Source: Cyanobacteria bacterium P01_D01_bin.156
Lineage (GTDB): Bacteria > Cyanobacteriota > Cyanobacteriia > Phormidesmidales > Phormidesmidaceae
Direction of reading: 5' to 3'
Length of the DNA stretch: 35,240 nucleotides
Assembly: GCA_039024555.1 (NCBI GenBank)
Contig: JBCCQQ010000064.1
Location: forward strand, 1-35,240
The position numbers and the translations under genes were made by a program. Shown here one piece after another: positions 1-9,408 of this stretch; the first letter of the stretch is position 1, and every line of letters starts with the position of its first letter. The notes under the pieces are model-generated. The model was given only the letters and a program-made list of their open reading frames with translations. It was not told the DNA's origin and ran no database searches.

Positions 1-209
1 GAACCGGCAACGGGCTCACGGATACCGTCGATGTCAACGGGAGGAGCAGCGATGAAGGCGATTACGAAGCAAGCAGTAGCAGCTAGCAGAGTGGGGATCA
101 TCAGAACGCCAAACCAACCTACGTATAGGCGGTTCTCAGTGCTGGTTACCCACTGGCAAAACTGCTCCCACAGGTTAGCGCTTTGGCGCTGCTGTAGAGT
201 AGTCGTCAT
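1..209 (-). CDS. psbA: Photosystem II reaction centre protein D1, 5' part (runs off the window edge)
   Basis: Manual translation of the minus strand from ATG at 209: [69 protein letters not shown], the D1 N-terminus. Not in the ORF track because it is truncated. Confidence 0.98.
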   Translation of the reverse strand, partial: MTTTLQQRQSANLWEQFCQWVTSTENRLYVGWFGVLMIPTLLAATACFVIAFIAAPPVDIDGIREPVAG

Positions 210-273
210 GATTTATGAATCCTATGAATATTGTCGAGGTACGACAGGTAAGTTGATTAACTCACCTATATTT

Positions 274-302
274 ATATTAGAAGAAATAACTACTTTTGTA
301 AA
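274..302 (-). promoter_or_regulatory. Putative sigma70-type psbA promoter
   Basis: Minus strand TTTACA (302-297), 17-nt spacer, TAATAT (279-274), ending 65 nt upstream of the psbA ATG. Confidence 0.65.
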
Positions 303-484
303 CTTTCTAATGCGTGTAATATTTTCAACTGGGCGATCTAACTTCAAAATTTATTTCGTAATCTAGGTTATGTAAGATCCTTAAAACCCTATTAAGAGTG
401 AGGGTTCCACTGAATAAGATTTTTGGCTTCGGTCAGTCATGCTGATGATGAGCAGGACCTTTTTAGATTCTGCAATGACGCGTT

Positions 485-1501
485 TTGGTTATGAGTAGTT
501 ACTCACCAAGTATGAATCTAAGCAACGAGTTCGTTGGCCGTATCACTTACAGCCCTGCTTATACTTTGGTGCCTACCTATGAATGTTTTAACTACTGTAG
601 TTACTGCAATTTCAGGGTTGCTCCCGGTAACGATCGCTGGTTAGAGTTGAAGGCTGCAAAAACTCAACTGAATCATTTGGATGCCATCGAAATTTTGATT
701 CTAAGTGGAGAAGTCCATCCAAGAAGTGAAAGACGTTCAGCTTGGTTTAACCGTATCTATGGGCTATGCGAGTTAGCCCTCACTATGGGATTTCTACCGC
801 ACACGAATGTGGGCCCTTTGAGCTTTGATGAGATGGCCCAGCTTAAACAGGTCAATGTGTCGATGGGCTTGATGCTAGAGCAGCTCACACCAACCTTGTT
901 AAGTCATGTTCATCGCCACGCGCCCAGTAAGCGGCCAGAAATTCGGCTGCAGCAATTGGAATGGGCAGGACAGTTAAAAATCCCCTTTACGACTGGTTTA
1001 CTCCTGGGAATTGGTGAAACCCAAGCTGATTGGCAAGAAACCCTGCATGCGATCGCAGCGCTCCACAATCGCTATGGCCATATTCAAGAGGTAATTCTTC
1101 AACCTCATCAACCAGGAAAACGACAGCAACAATTAGGAACACCCTGCGACGACACAATGCTGCTGGATGCAGTAAGGCACGCAAAAAACATTCTGCCCCC
1201 AGATATCACCATTCAAATTCCACCAAACCTAGTACAAATGCCAGAGACCATTGTGGCTTGTATTAAAGCAGGCGTTAGGGATTTGGGGGGCATTGGCCCA
1301 CTAGATGAAGTTAATCCCACCTATCCCCATCAAACTCTTCACTCCCTTACCGACTTACTTAATAAACATGGGTATACCCTAAAGCCACGGCTACCCATAT
1401 ACCCCCAATACGATCGCTGGCTACCGCCCCATTTACATAAAAATATCCAGTCTTGGCGAACAAAACTGGACATTAATGTTACGGATATATCAGAAAAGTA
1501 G
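485..1501 (+). CDS. cofG: 7,8-didemethyl-8-hydroxy-5-deazariboflavin (FO) synthase subunit CofG, radical SAM
   Basis: ITYSPAYTLVPTYECFNYCSYC (CxxxCxxC), PFTTGLLLGIGE, HIQEVILQ, IQIPPNL, DLGGI..DEVNP motifs. Real start may be ATG 491 or 512. Confidence 0.93.
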   Translation: MVMSSYSPSMNLSNEFVGRITYSPAYTLVPTYECFNYCSYCNFRVAPGNDRWLELKAAKTQLNHLDAIEILILSGEVHPRSERRSAWFNRIYGLCELALTMGFLPHTNVGPLSFDEMAQLKQVNVSMGLMLEQLTPTLLSHVHRHAPSKRPEIRLQQLEWAGQLKIPFTTGLLLGIGETQADWQETLHAIAALHNRYGHIQEVILQPHQPGKRQQQLGTPCDDTMLLDAVRHAKNILPPDITIQIPPNLVQMPETIVACIKAGVRDLGGIGPLDEVNPTYPHQTLHSLTDLLNKHGYTLKPRLPIYPQYDRWLPPHLHKNIQSWRTKLDINVTDISEK

Positions 1502-1507
1502 TGGTGA

Positions 1508-2728
1508 CTAAATACGTCCCCGCAGCATTTGAGCCATCTCATTTTGTCGAGGTGACATCTCCAAGGCAGTTTCTTCTGTAATCCGTCCAGACTCATATAA
1601 AGAATAAAGAGACTGATTCATCGTACACATGCCATCAAAGCCACATTTTGGCAGTAAGGCTTCCACTTCATCTAGCTGCCCTCGCTGAATGTAGTCCTTA
1701 ATCGCATCCGTATTGATCAGAATTTCGTGGAAAGCTGCCCTCTTCCCATCTGTGGTACGACACAATCCCTGGGCAACGACAGCCACCAGAGATTCAGCAA
1801 TGGAAACCCGAACAGCACTTTGCTGGTCAGGCTCATACATACCTAAGACACGTTCCACCGTTTTTACAGCACTGTTAGTATGCAAAGTACCAAAGACTAA
1901 GTGCCCAGTCTGAGCAGCTTTGAGGGCAATATCGACGGTTTGGCGATCTCGAATTTCGCCCACCAGAATAACATCAGGGTCTTCTCGGAGAGAGGCTTTG
2001 AGCGCATTCTTAAACTCCAGGGTGTGAAGTCCAACCTCACGTTGTTTAATCAAAGACATCCGGCTGGTATGCACAAATTCCACCGGATCTTCAATGGTGA
2101 TGATGTGCTTTGGCATGTCCGTATTGATATAGTCAATCATCGCCGCCAGGGTCGTCGATTTACCAGATCCAGTAGGCCCCGTGACTAGGACTAAACCCTT
2201 GTGATAATGACAAATATCCTTTAAGACAACTGGCAAGTTGAGCTGTTCCATCGTCAAAATTTTCACCGGAATTAGACGCATGACCATCGCTGGACCGCGC
2301 AGGGTGTTGAAAATATTGATACGGACACGGGTGAAGTCAAAGTGTGCAGCGCCGTCAAAATCCATAGTCTGCTTAAAGCCTTGGATTTGATCGGGCTTGA
2401 GAATCTCGGCTAGCCAGCCGTAAAACGTGGCCTCATCAGTGGCTGGATAATCAGTCGAATCAATTTCACCGCGATTACGAAACCGAGGCACTTCTCCCAC
2501 ACCTAAATGAATATCTGAGAAACCCTTATCAAACGCTTCACGAACAATGCGTTCCAGCGTCAGGCCACCACCAACCCTCACACCTCCAGCAGATTTAGGC
2601 ATCGGTGGTGGTGCAGTTGGTCGAGCACTGCTGCCTCGCATCATGCCTGGCGGTGGTGGTGCTGCTGACCGCTTAGGTGGCGGTGGTGGTGCAGATGGCA
2701 TAGAGGAGGGACGTTGTGAATCAGTCAT
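1508..2728 (-). CDS. pilT: Type IV pilus retraction ATPase PilT/PilU family (PilT2-type, Pro-rich N-terminus)
   Basis: SDIHL, Walker A GPTGSGKSTT, TIEDPVE, LREDPDVILVGEIRD, TGHLVFGTLHTNSA. ATG at 2728 preferred over TTG 2737. Confidence 0.93.
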   Translation of the reverse strand: MTDSQRPSSMPSAPPPPPKRSAAPPPPGMMRGSSARPTAPPPMPKSAGGVRVGGGLTLERIVREAFDKGFSDIHLGVGEVPRFRNRGEIDSTDYPATDEATFYGWLAEILKPDQIQGFKQTMDFDGAAHFDFTRVRINIFNTLRGPAMVMRLIPVKILTMEQLNLPVVLKDICHYHKGLVLVTGPTGSGKSTTLAAMIDYINTDMPKHIITIEDPVEFVHTSRMSLIKQREVGLHTLEFKNALKASLREDPDVILVGEIRDRQTVDIALKAAQTGHLVFGTLHTNSAVKTVERVLGMYEPDQQSAVRVSIAESLVAVVAQGLCRTTDGKRAAFHEILINTDAIKDYIQRGQLDEVEALLPKCGFDGMCTMNQSLYSLYESGRITEETALEMSPRQNEMAQMLRGRI

Positions 2729-2933
2729 AAGTACCAAAAGCCTTCACTTAACGACGGACAGCATCCAGGAAACACGCCTGTGCCATAAGAACTAAGACAC
2801 ACAATAATGTTATCCACAGCCTACCCAAAATCAGCAATGTGGGTAGCAAAGTCCATGATGGAAACACAATGACAGTAATTCCTGAATAATCTCAGACACG
2901 TCCTGTGCTACCCTAGTCTAGCTTTGAAAAATT

Positions 2934-3036
2934 CACACACTTGGTTATTTCGGGTGTTTTAGCAATCTCTAGGGATTTCGAAAGCCTTAGTAGACTGCTG
3001 AGATGCACACCAGGTGGAGGTTTAACCCGAAAGGAG
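2934..3036 (+). ncRNA. rpsB 5' leader (S2 autoregulatory / t44-like cis element)
   Basis: CACAC (2934), CGGGTG (2951), central hairpin, GTGGAGG (3014), AACCC (3024). TTTCGGGT (2948-2955) can pair with ACCCGAAA (3025-3032) next to the SD AAGGAG. Extended -10 TGcTACCCT lies at ~2906-2914. Confidence 0.8.
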
Positions 3037-3044
3037 AAAATTAA

Positions 3045-3881
3045 ATGCCTGTTGTAACATTGGCTCAACTGCTTGAGTCAGGGGTTCACTTTGGACATCA
3101 AACCCGTCGTTGGAACCCCAAGATGGATCAGTACATCTTTACCGCACGTAATGGTGTCCATATTATTGATCTCGTTCAGACTGCTAAGTTACTAGACAAT
3201 GCTTATTCGTTTGTCCGAACTTCCGCAGAAAGAGGTCAAAAGTTTTTATTTGTTGGCACTAAGCGTCAGGCCGCTGGCATCGTTGCAGAGGAAGCTAGCC
3301 GCTGCGGTTCCTACTATATCAATCAAAGATGGCTGGGCGGAATGCTCACTAACTGGTCAACTATCAAGACCCGAGTAGAGCGCCTTAAAGAACTAGAGCG
3401 CATGCAGGAAACTGGGGCTCTCGCTTTGAGGCCCAAGAAGGAAGCTGCTGTACTACGCCGCGAACTAGAAAAGCTGCAAAAGTACCTGGGCGGAATCAAA
3501 CTGATGCGCCGTCTTCCAGATGTTGTCATCATGGTAGATATTAAGCGTGAATACAACGCTGTTCAAGAGTGTCAGAAGCTAGGTATCCCAATCGTTTCCC
3601 TGCTGGATACCAACTGCGATCCGGATGTTGTGGATATTCCCATTCCAGGTAATGACGATGCGATTCGCTCAATCAAGCTGATTTTAGGTAGTCTTGCCAA
3701 TGCCATCTATGAGGGGTCCCATGGTCAACCTCCTCAGGGTGACGGTGATGGAGACGACATTTATGCCGACTATCCAAGCGCCGAAGAAGACTATGATTAT
3801 GATGAAGCGGCCGCTAGTGAAGTAACTACAGCAGATGAAGTGCCCGCAGCAGACGCTAATCCTGAAGCAGAAGGCGAATAG
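3045..3881 (+). CDS. rpsB: 30S ribosomal protein S2
   Basis: [48 protein letters not shown]; acidic C-terminal tail. Confidence 0.99.
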   Translation: MPVVTLAQLLESGVHFGHQTRRWNPKMDQYIFTARNGVHIIDLVQTAKLLDNAYSFVRTSAERGQKFLFVGTKRQAAGIVAEEASRCGSYYINQRWLGGMLTNWSTIKTRVERLKELERMQETGALALRPKKEAAVLRRELEKLQKYLGGIKLMRRLPDVVIMVDIKREYNAVQECQKLGIPIVSLLDTNCDPDVVDIPIPGNDDAIRSIKLILGSLANAIYEGSHGQPPQGDGDGDDIYADYPSAEEDYDYDEAAASEVTTADEVPAADANPEAEGE

Positions 3882-4016
3882 CGTCAAACTTAAGCCTCGT
3901 TTTTGACTTTGCAGCTGAGCCCTAACGGGCATCAGCTGCTGGCATGTTAGCCCTGGTTATTGTGTGGTGAGAACGTTACGCAAGTTTGTTAGCGCAATTT
4001 AATGTAGGAGAAGACA

Positions 4017-4787
4017 ATGGCAGGCATTTCTGCAAAGCAAGTAAAGGAACTGCGTGACAAAACTGGCGCAGGCATGATGGATTGTAAAAAGGCCCTCCAA
4101 GCATCGGACGGCGATTTACAGAAAGCCATCGAGTGGTTACGACAAAAAGGAATTACTTCCGCTGCTAAGAAAGAAGGTCGTGTAGCTGCAGAAGGACTTG
4201 TAGAGAGTTACATCCACACAGGAGGTCGTGTTGGTGTCCTGGTAGAGATCAACTGTGAGACTGATTTTGTGGCACGGCGTGATGAGTTTAAAGGTCTAGC
4301 GCGTGACATCGCCATGCAGATTGCAGCATGTCCTAACGTGGAAGTTGTCAAAACTAGCGAAATTTCTGCGGAGTCCATCGCCCGCGAACGCGAAATCGAA
4401 ATGGGGCGTGAAGACCTAGCTAAAAAACCTGAAAATATTCGGTCCAAGATTGTCGATGGCCGTATTGAAAAGCGACTCAAAGAGCTGTCTTTAATGGATC
4501 AGCCCTTTATTAAGGACCAGAACATTACGATCGAAGAGCTAGTCAAGCAGTCGGTAGCAACTTTGGGTGAAAACATCCAGGTGCGTCGTTTCTCTCGCTT
4601 CACCCTAGGAGAAGGTATTGAAAAGAAAGAAGAGAACTTCGCTGAAGAGGTAGCTGCTCAAACAGGTAAAAAGAAAGATGCTCCCATAGAGAAAGAGGCT
4701 GAAACTCGAGCTGCTGCGACTAAGGAAGCTCCTGAAAAGACAGAGGCTCCCAAAGCTGAAAAAAAGAAGGGTAAAAAGAAGAAGTAA
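4017..4787 (+). CDS. tsf: Translation elongation factor Ts
   Basis: [29 protein letters not shown]; follows rpsB; K/E/A-rich C-terminal extension. Confidence 0.99.
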   Translation: MAGISAKQVKELRDKTGAGMMDCKKALQASDGDLQKAIEWLRQKGITSAAKKEGRVAAEGLVESYIHTGGRVGVLVEINCETDFVARRDEFKGLARDIAMQIAACPNVEVVKTSEISAESIAREREIEMGREDLAKKPENIRSKIVDGRIEKRLKELSLMDQPFIKDQNITIEELVKQSVATLGENIQVRRFSRFTLGEGIEKKEENFAEEVAAQTGKKKDAPIEKEAETRAAATKEAPEKTEAPKAEKKKGKKKK

Positions 4788-4818
4788 GCTTTCTCAACAC
4801 TCATTCCTTTTTGACGTG

Positions 4819-4850
4819 AAAAGGCAGGCACACGATGCCTGCCTTTTTTT
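4819..4850 (+). terminator. Intrinsic terminator of rpsB-tsf
   Basis: AAAAGGCAGGCA-CACGA-TGCCTGCC followed by T7, 32 nt after the tsf stop. Confidence 0.92.
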
Positions 4851-5097
4851 AGTTGCTGCTGGCGAATGTCACAAAACTTGTTGAAACCGCTGGATTCTCA
4901 AAGCATCCGACCCCAGTGCGTGAGTTGTTAGTAAAGTCGCCAAGTAATCGAGATAGGCCAGCATCAGAGTTGAACAGCTCCTTTATACAGAAGGCTTGGC
5001 ATCCTTGACAATCATGATTCTTGCATAGCTTCTATACTGGAGTCTGCAACGCTAACATCATTGCTGAGCTCTTAAGTTTATTGATTGTGTTTATAGA

Positions 5098-6273
5098 TTG
5101 GCTTCCATGGGTAATACAAGTGAGCATATTGAACAGCAGCTTTCTAAGCTTCAAAACCAAACTGCTGATATTGCCACTGATTTAGAAGCCTTAGTAGATA
5201 ACTATTTGGAAGTTCTAAGTCAGGCTAGTAAGCGGCAGTTGGTATTAGCGGCTTATCATATATGTACCCAGATATACCCTGATCGTTTTTTAGAGCTTAG
5301 CTTGTCCCAAAAAAATCGTTTACAACAGCGCTTACGTGAGTTGGGTAATAGTATTCACACTCAGCTTCAGCAAAAGTGGGAAACAGCTAAGCGATTGAGT
5401 CTGCAACCAGCTGAAGAAGATGGGCTAGCCGTGATTAGACAGCTGTTTCTAGAGGCAACTTCCATTAGAGAGCAGTCCTCTGGAGAACAAGTCCGTGCTA
5501 GCGAACAAGGCACTGATGCATCTCCTAATAACGATGATGATACATCTTTATCAGACCAGCCCGAAACATCTACAGAAAACGCCCAAGAAGAGTGGATGGC
5601 TGAAATCCAAACATTGATGAGTAACCAGGCCGAAGTGGTAATCACGGCAGATGAACCGAACGACGGCCCAATGCAACCAGCACAGCTGATGCGTCGGCAA
5701 ATTTTGATCGAGAAAGGCATTCGTGACATTCTTAAAGAAACATCGGAAACGGCTAATGACACGTTACAGACAGCCGATGTTATGCCCGATCTGCCTCAAG
5801 CATTACTCAATGCAGCATCGGAATCGGAAAGGCTCGGCCATGTGCCAATTAAAACACCTAACTTAGTGCGATTGGCAATTAAAATTTTGCATGAGCCCAG
5901 TCAGAAAGACTCGAAGGACAATGACCATGAGAAGTCTGAGCCGAATGAGTCGGAACAATGGCCAGAGGACACAGACATTACAGCCGCCATTATTACCAGA
6001 GATGACAATGACCCAGACGACAATAGTCATGAGGGCTCTGCAGATGATATGCCTCGTTTGCTCCAGTTAGAATCACTACCTAACTTTGTGATGATTCATT
6101 TACGGCTTTCTGAAATTGAGTTTGCTGAAACGAATGTGGCAATCTGGCGCAGTCGTATTCGGAAAAAGATGGATCATCTAAAGCGGGTAGGGCATGCCTA
6201 TCGAGCTGCAGAAAAACAGCTTGCGATCGCACAAGCTGAAGATGCCTGGAGAGCTAGCTGGACCAACGACTAA
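5098..6273 (+). CDS. Hypothetical protein coupled to recG (helical ends, acidic insertions)
   Basis: 391-aa ORF whose stop overlaps the recG start (TAATG). QLVLAAYHICTQIYPDRFL and LRLSEIEF...AEDAWRASW resemble the cyanobacterial protein I recall upstream of recG. Start may be ATG 5107. Confidence 0.8.
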   Translation: MASMGNTSEHIEQQLSKLQNQTADIATDLEALVDNYLEVLSQASKRQLVLAAYHICTQIYPDRFLELSLSQKNRLQQRLRELGNSIHTQLQQKWETAKRLSLQPAEEDGLAVIRQLFLEATSIREQSSGEQVRASEQGTDASPNNDDDTSLSDQPETSTENAQEEWMAEIQTLMSNQAEVVITADEPNDGPMQPAQLMRRQILIEKGIRDILKETSETANDTLQTADVMPDLPQALLNAASESERLGHVPIKTPNLVRLAIKILHEPSQKDSKDNDHEKSEPNESEQWPEDTDITAAIITRDDNDPDDNSHEGSADDMPRLLQLESLPNFVMIHLRLSEIEFAETNVAIWRSRIRKKMDHLKRVGHAYRAAEKQLAIAQAEDAWRASWTND

Positions 6274-8756
6274 TGTCTCAGCCTGATTGGATCCGTTTAC
6301 AAAAAGCCCTGAGTGTCGAAGCAGAAACAGGGTTTAACGATCTACAAGGTCATCAAAAACGCTTTAGTGAATTTTTGCGCGACAGCCTGCGTCAATACCC
6401 TCAGGAACTGACGCCATTAGAACAAGACCAATGGCGGACTTTATCAGAAGATTTTGATAAGTACAGTGCTCTTACATTTGCTCAACGTCAACACCTGGTT
6501 GCTAACACCCGCAGATTTTTACAACAGAGTCGTCAGGCTTTTGACAGTCCTAGAGCGGCTGAGTCCTCACCCCTAGAAAATACCAGAAAAAAATCGCGCG
6601 CCCCTAAAACTAAATCACTCAGTAAAAAAACCGCCGTTCTCTCCCCACAAACTGGCCATCCGCTGGACCAAGCCCTTACATATCTCAAAGGAGTTGGACC
6701 TAAAAATAGTGAACGCCTCGCCAAGCTAGGTTTATACACCATTCGGGATGTGCTGTACTACTATCCGCGCGACCACCTTGACTATGCCCGTCAGGTAAAA
6801 ATCCGTGATTTAACGCCTGGGGACACTGTCACGATCGTCGGTACCGTGAGACGGTGTAACTGCTTTAATAGCCCACGCAATAGTAAGCTAAGCATTTTTG
6901 AACTGAGCCTTTACGATGGGACTGGCACCTTAAAAATTGGCCGTTTTTTTGCAGGAGCTCGTTTCCGAAATCGCAGCTGGCAGGAACGTCAGAAGCGTTT
7001 ATACCCGGTCGGCTCTACAGTCGCTGCATCTGGTCTGGTCAAAAAAGGTAAATACGGCATCACACTAGATGACCCCGATCTAGAAGTGTTAGGAGATGCC
7101 CAGGATGAAATTGATTCTGATACGGTAGGTCGTGTTGTTCCCGTATATCCGCTCACAGAAGGGGTCCCCGCGGCTTTAGTCCGTAAAGCCGTTGTGGCTG
7201 CCTTGCCTACAGCAGTAGAAATTCGCGATCCATTTCCTACCACATTGCGAGAACAGCACGGCCTGGTACAACTACCCATCGCCATTGCCCATATTCACTT
7301 TCCTCCAGACAGCGATGCCCTAACTCTGGCTCGGCGGCGATTGGTGTTTGACGAATTCTTTTATCTTCAGCTAGGCTTACTCTCTCGACGGAAACAGCAG
7401 CAAGCACAAACAAAGATCTCGATGGCTCCGACGGGGGAGCTCATTGACAGTTTTTATGAGGTACTGCCTTTCCAGCTAACCGGTGCTCAAAGTCGAGTGG
7501 TACAGGAAATTTTAGTTGACTTGCAACAGTCTGTTCCCATGAACCGTTTAGTACAGGGGGATGTGGGCTCTGGGAAAACAGTAGTGGCAGTCGTCGCCAT
7601 TCTGGCATCCATTCAAGCGGGGTACCAGGCAGCTCTGATGGCTCCAACAGAGGTATTAGCAGAGCAGCACTATCGCAAACTTGTCAGCTGGTTTAACCTT
7701 TTACATCTGCCGGTGGAGTTGCTCACAGGATCGACTAAGACCGCAAAACGACGAGAAATTCACGCTCAACTCGCCACCGGAGAATTACCGGTTTTGGTGG
7801 GCACCCACGCCCTGATTGAGGATCCGGTCCAGTTTACTCGACTAGGACTCGTCACTATTGATGAGCAACATCGGTTTGGCGTGGCGCAGCGGGCCAGACT
7901 CCAGCGTAAAGGTGATAATCCCCACGTACTGACCTTAACAGCGACACCCATTCCCAGAACGCTTGCCCTCACGCTGCATGGGGATCTGGATGTGAGTCAA
8001 ATTGATGAGCTGCCACCTGGACGTAAACCCATCCAAACTACTTTGCTACAGGGGCGCGATCGCAACCATGCTTATGACTTAATTCGTCGAGAAATTGTCC
8101 AGGGACGGCAAGTATACATTGTGCTGCCTTTAGTAGATGAATCTGAAAAATTAGATCTACGTTCTGCCATTGAGGAACACCAGCGGTTGAGCGAAGTGGT
8201 CTTTCCTGAATTTAAGGTGGGCCTACTCCACGGACGGCTCAATTCAGCGGATAAGGATGCAGCCATTAGCAAATTTCGAGACCGTCACACCCATATCTTG
8301 GTATCTACAACGGTGGTAGAAGTCGGTGTGGATGTTCCCAACGCGAGCGTTATGTTGATTGAACATGCCGAACGATTTGGTCTGTCTCAGCTGCATCAGC
8401 TACGGGGTCGGGTGGGACGGGGAGCCGATCAATCCTACTGTTTGTTGATGAGCAGTAGTAAAAGTGAACCAGCACTACAGCGGCTGCGCGTATTAGAACA
8501 GTCTCAGGATGGATTCTTTATCGCTGAAATGGATTTACGTTTTCGCGGCCCTGGAGAAGCGCTGGGCACCCGTCAGTCGGGACTGCCCGATTTTGCATTA
8601 GCTAGCTTAGTCAATGATCAGGATGTTCTAGAGCTAGCTCGTGGAGCAGCGGAGCAGTTAATTCAGCAGGATTCGACCCTAGAACTCTGGCCCCTCATCA
8701 AAAAAGAATTAAATCGCCGCTACGAGAAACTGATGGGAGGCGCAATCTTTACTTAG
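6273..8756 (+). CDS. recG: ATP-dependent DNA helicase RecG
   Basis: QGDVGSGKT, MAPTEVLAEQH, DEQHRFG, TATPIPRTL, QLHQLRGRVGRG, RGPGE..GTRQSG; ~130-aa N-terminal extension. Confidence 0.99.
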   Translation: MSQPDWIRLQKALSVEAETGFNDLQGHQKRFSEFLRDSLRQYPQELTPLEQDQWRTLSEDFDKYSALTFAQRQHLVANTRRFLQQSRQAFDSPRAAESSPLENTRKKSRAPKTKSLSKKTAVLSPQTGHPLDQALTYLKGVGPKNSERLAKLGLYTIRDVLYYYPRDHLDYARQVKIRDLTPGDTVTIVGTVRRCNCFNSPRNSKLSIFELSLYDGTGTLKIGRFFAGARFRNRSWQERQKRLYPVGSTVAASGLVKKGKYGITLDDPDLEVLGDAQDEIDSDTVGRVVPVYPLTEGVPAALVRKAVVAALPTAVEIRDPFPTTLREQHGLVQLPIAIAHIHFPPDSDALTLARRRLVFDEFFYLQLGLLSRRKQQQAQTKISMAPTGELIDSFYEVLPFQLTGAQSRVVQEILVDLQQSVPMNRLVQGDVGSGKTVVAVVAILASIQAGYQAALMAPTEVLAEQHYRKLVSWFNLLHLPVELLTGSTKTAKRREIHAQLATGELPVLVGTHALIEDPVQFTRLGLVTIDEQHRFGVAQRARLQRKGDNPHVLTLTATPIPRTLALTLHGDLDVSQIDELPPGRKPIQTTLLQGRDRNHAYDLIRREIVQGRQVYIVLPLVDESEKLDLRSAIEEHQRLSEVVFPEFKVGLLHGRLNSADKDAAISKFRDRHTHILVSTTVVEVGVDVPNASVMLIEHAERFGLSQLHQLRGRVGRGADQSYCLLMSSSKSEPALQRLRVLEQSQDGFFIAEMDLRFRGPGEALGTRQSGLPDFALASLVNDQDVLELARGAAEQLIQQDSTLELWPLIKKELNRRYEKLMGGAIFT

Positions 8757-8765
8757 AACGGCAGC

Positions 8766-8975
8766 TTACTGTCGGCCTGTCCCCGACAAGGTGAGTAAGC
8801 TTGCCATCCCTATCATCCCAATAGCCAGACCAAATCCTAACCACAGACCAAAGGGCAAGGCAACGGAGCGAAATACCAAAAATGTGAGCGATACTGGTTC
8901 AGCATTCTGGACAGCAAGAATTGCGATCGCAACAACTAAACAAGCCGGAATCAGGGTAAGCAAAAATTTTGCCAT
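8766..8975 (-). CDS. Small membrane protein, LapA/DUF1049-like
   Basis: 69 aa with two hydrophobic segments flanking AVQNAEPVSLTFL...LPFG, the LapA-domain pattern. Confidence 0.7.
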   Translation of the reverse strand: MAKFLLTLIPACLVVAIAILAVQNAEPVSLTFLVFRSVALPFGLWLGFGLAIGMIGMASLLTLSGTGRQ

Positions 8976-9163
8976 GGCCGTCTCACTAAAAAATTATGGG
9001 GGAGTTTATTCACGTTACCGCCATATCAGCATGACAAACCCTGGGCACTCTTTCAGCCATTGCTGCTCAATAGGTAACGTGAGACATCTAATCTCTGAGT
9101 AGTGATCAAAATATAGAAAAGAAAATCAGCGCAAGGACGGCACTTGAGTTCCTTCCCTTATTT

Positions 9164-9199
9164 AAAAATAATTGAGCCTCTACCGGGGCAGAGGCTCAA
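9164..9199 (-). terminator. Intrinsic terminator on the minus strand
   Basis: Minus strand TTGAGCCTCTGC-CCCG-GTAGAGGCTCAA followed by TTATTTTT. Confidence 0.8.
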
Positions 9200-9344
9200 C
9201 CTTAAGTTTTCAGTATATAAAGATCCGCTTAGGATAACCGACTAGTCACTCCTTACAGGAAATAACCAGCCAATAATGAGGTTTCTGTATAAGTAGTTCG
9301 TGTAACTTTGTCCAACATAGCTTGTGATCTTTAGTAATGTCCAT
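9164..9344 (-). ncRNA. Candidate ~180-nt small RNA
   Basis: Promoter-like TTTAAA-17-TATGCT (-10 at 9356-9351), long G-U-containing hairpin at 9240-9271 that pairs well only on the minus strand, and its own terminator. Confidence 0.5.
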
Positions 9345-9408
9345 AAACCCAGCATAAGTGTGTTTAAAGAATATTTAAAGGTTATAAATGATACGAAATA
9401 TTCACGGG

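Noticed and set aside
293..321. HLR1 (RpaB) direct repeat at the psbA promoter
   Set aside because: The TTACA/TTAGA/TTACA units are spaced 9 nt apart rather than the 10-nt HLR1 period; too weak to call.
31..366. 111-aa plus-strand ORF
   Set aside because: It is the antisense shadow of psbA and its promoter.
2600..2700. GGTGGTGGT repeats
   Set aside because: They encode the poly-Pro N-terminus of the PilT2-type ATPase on the minus strand and are not an independent repeat element.
8791..9102. 103-aa plus-strand ORF after recG
   Set aside because: It overlaps the better-supported LapA-like gene on the opposite strand.
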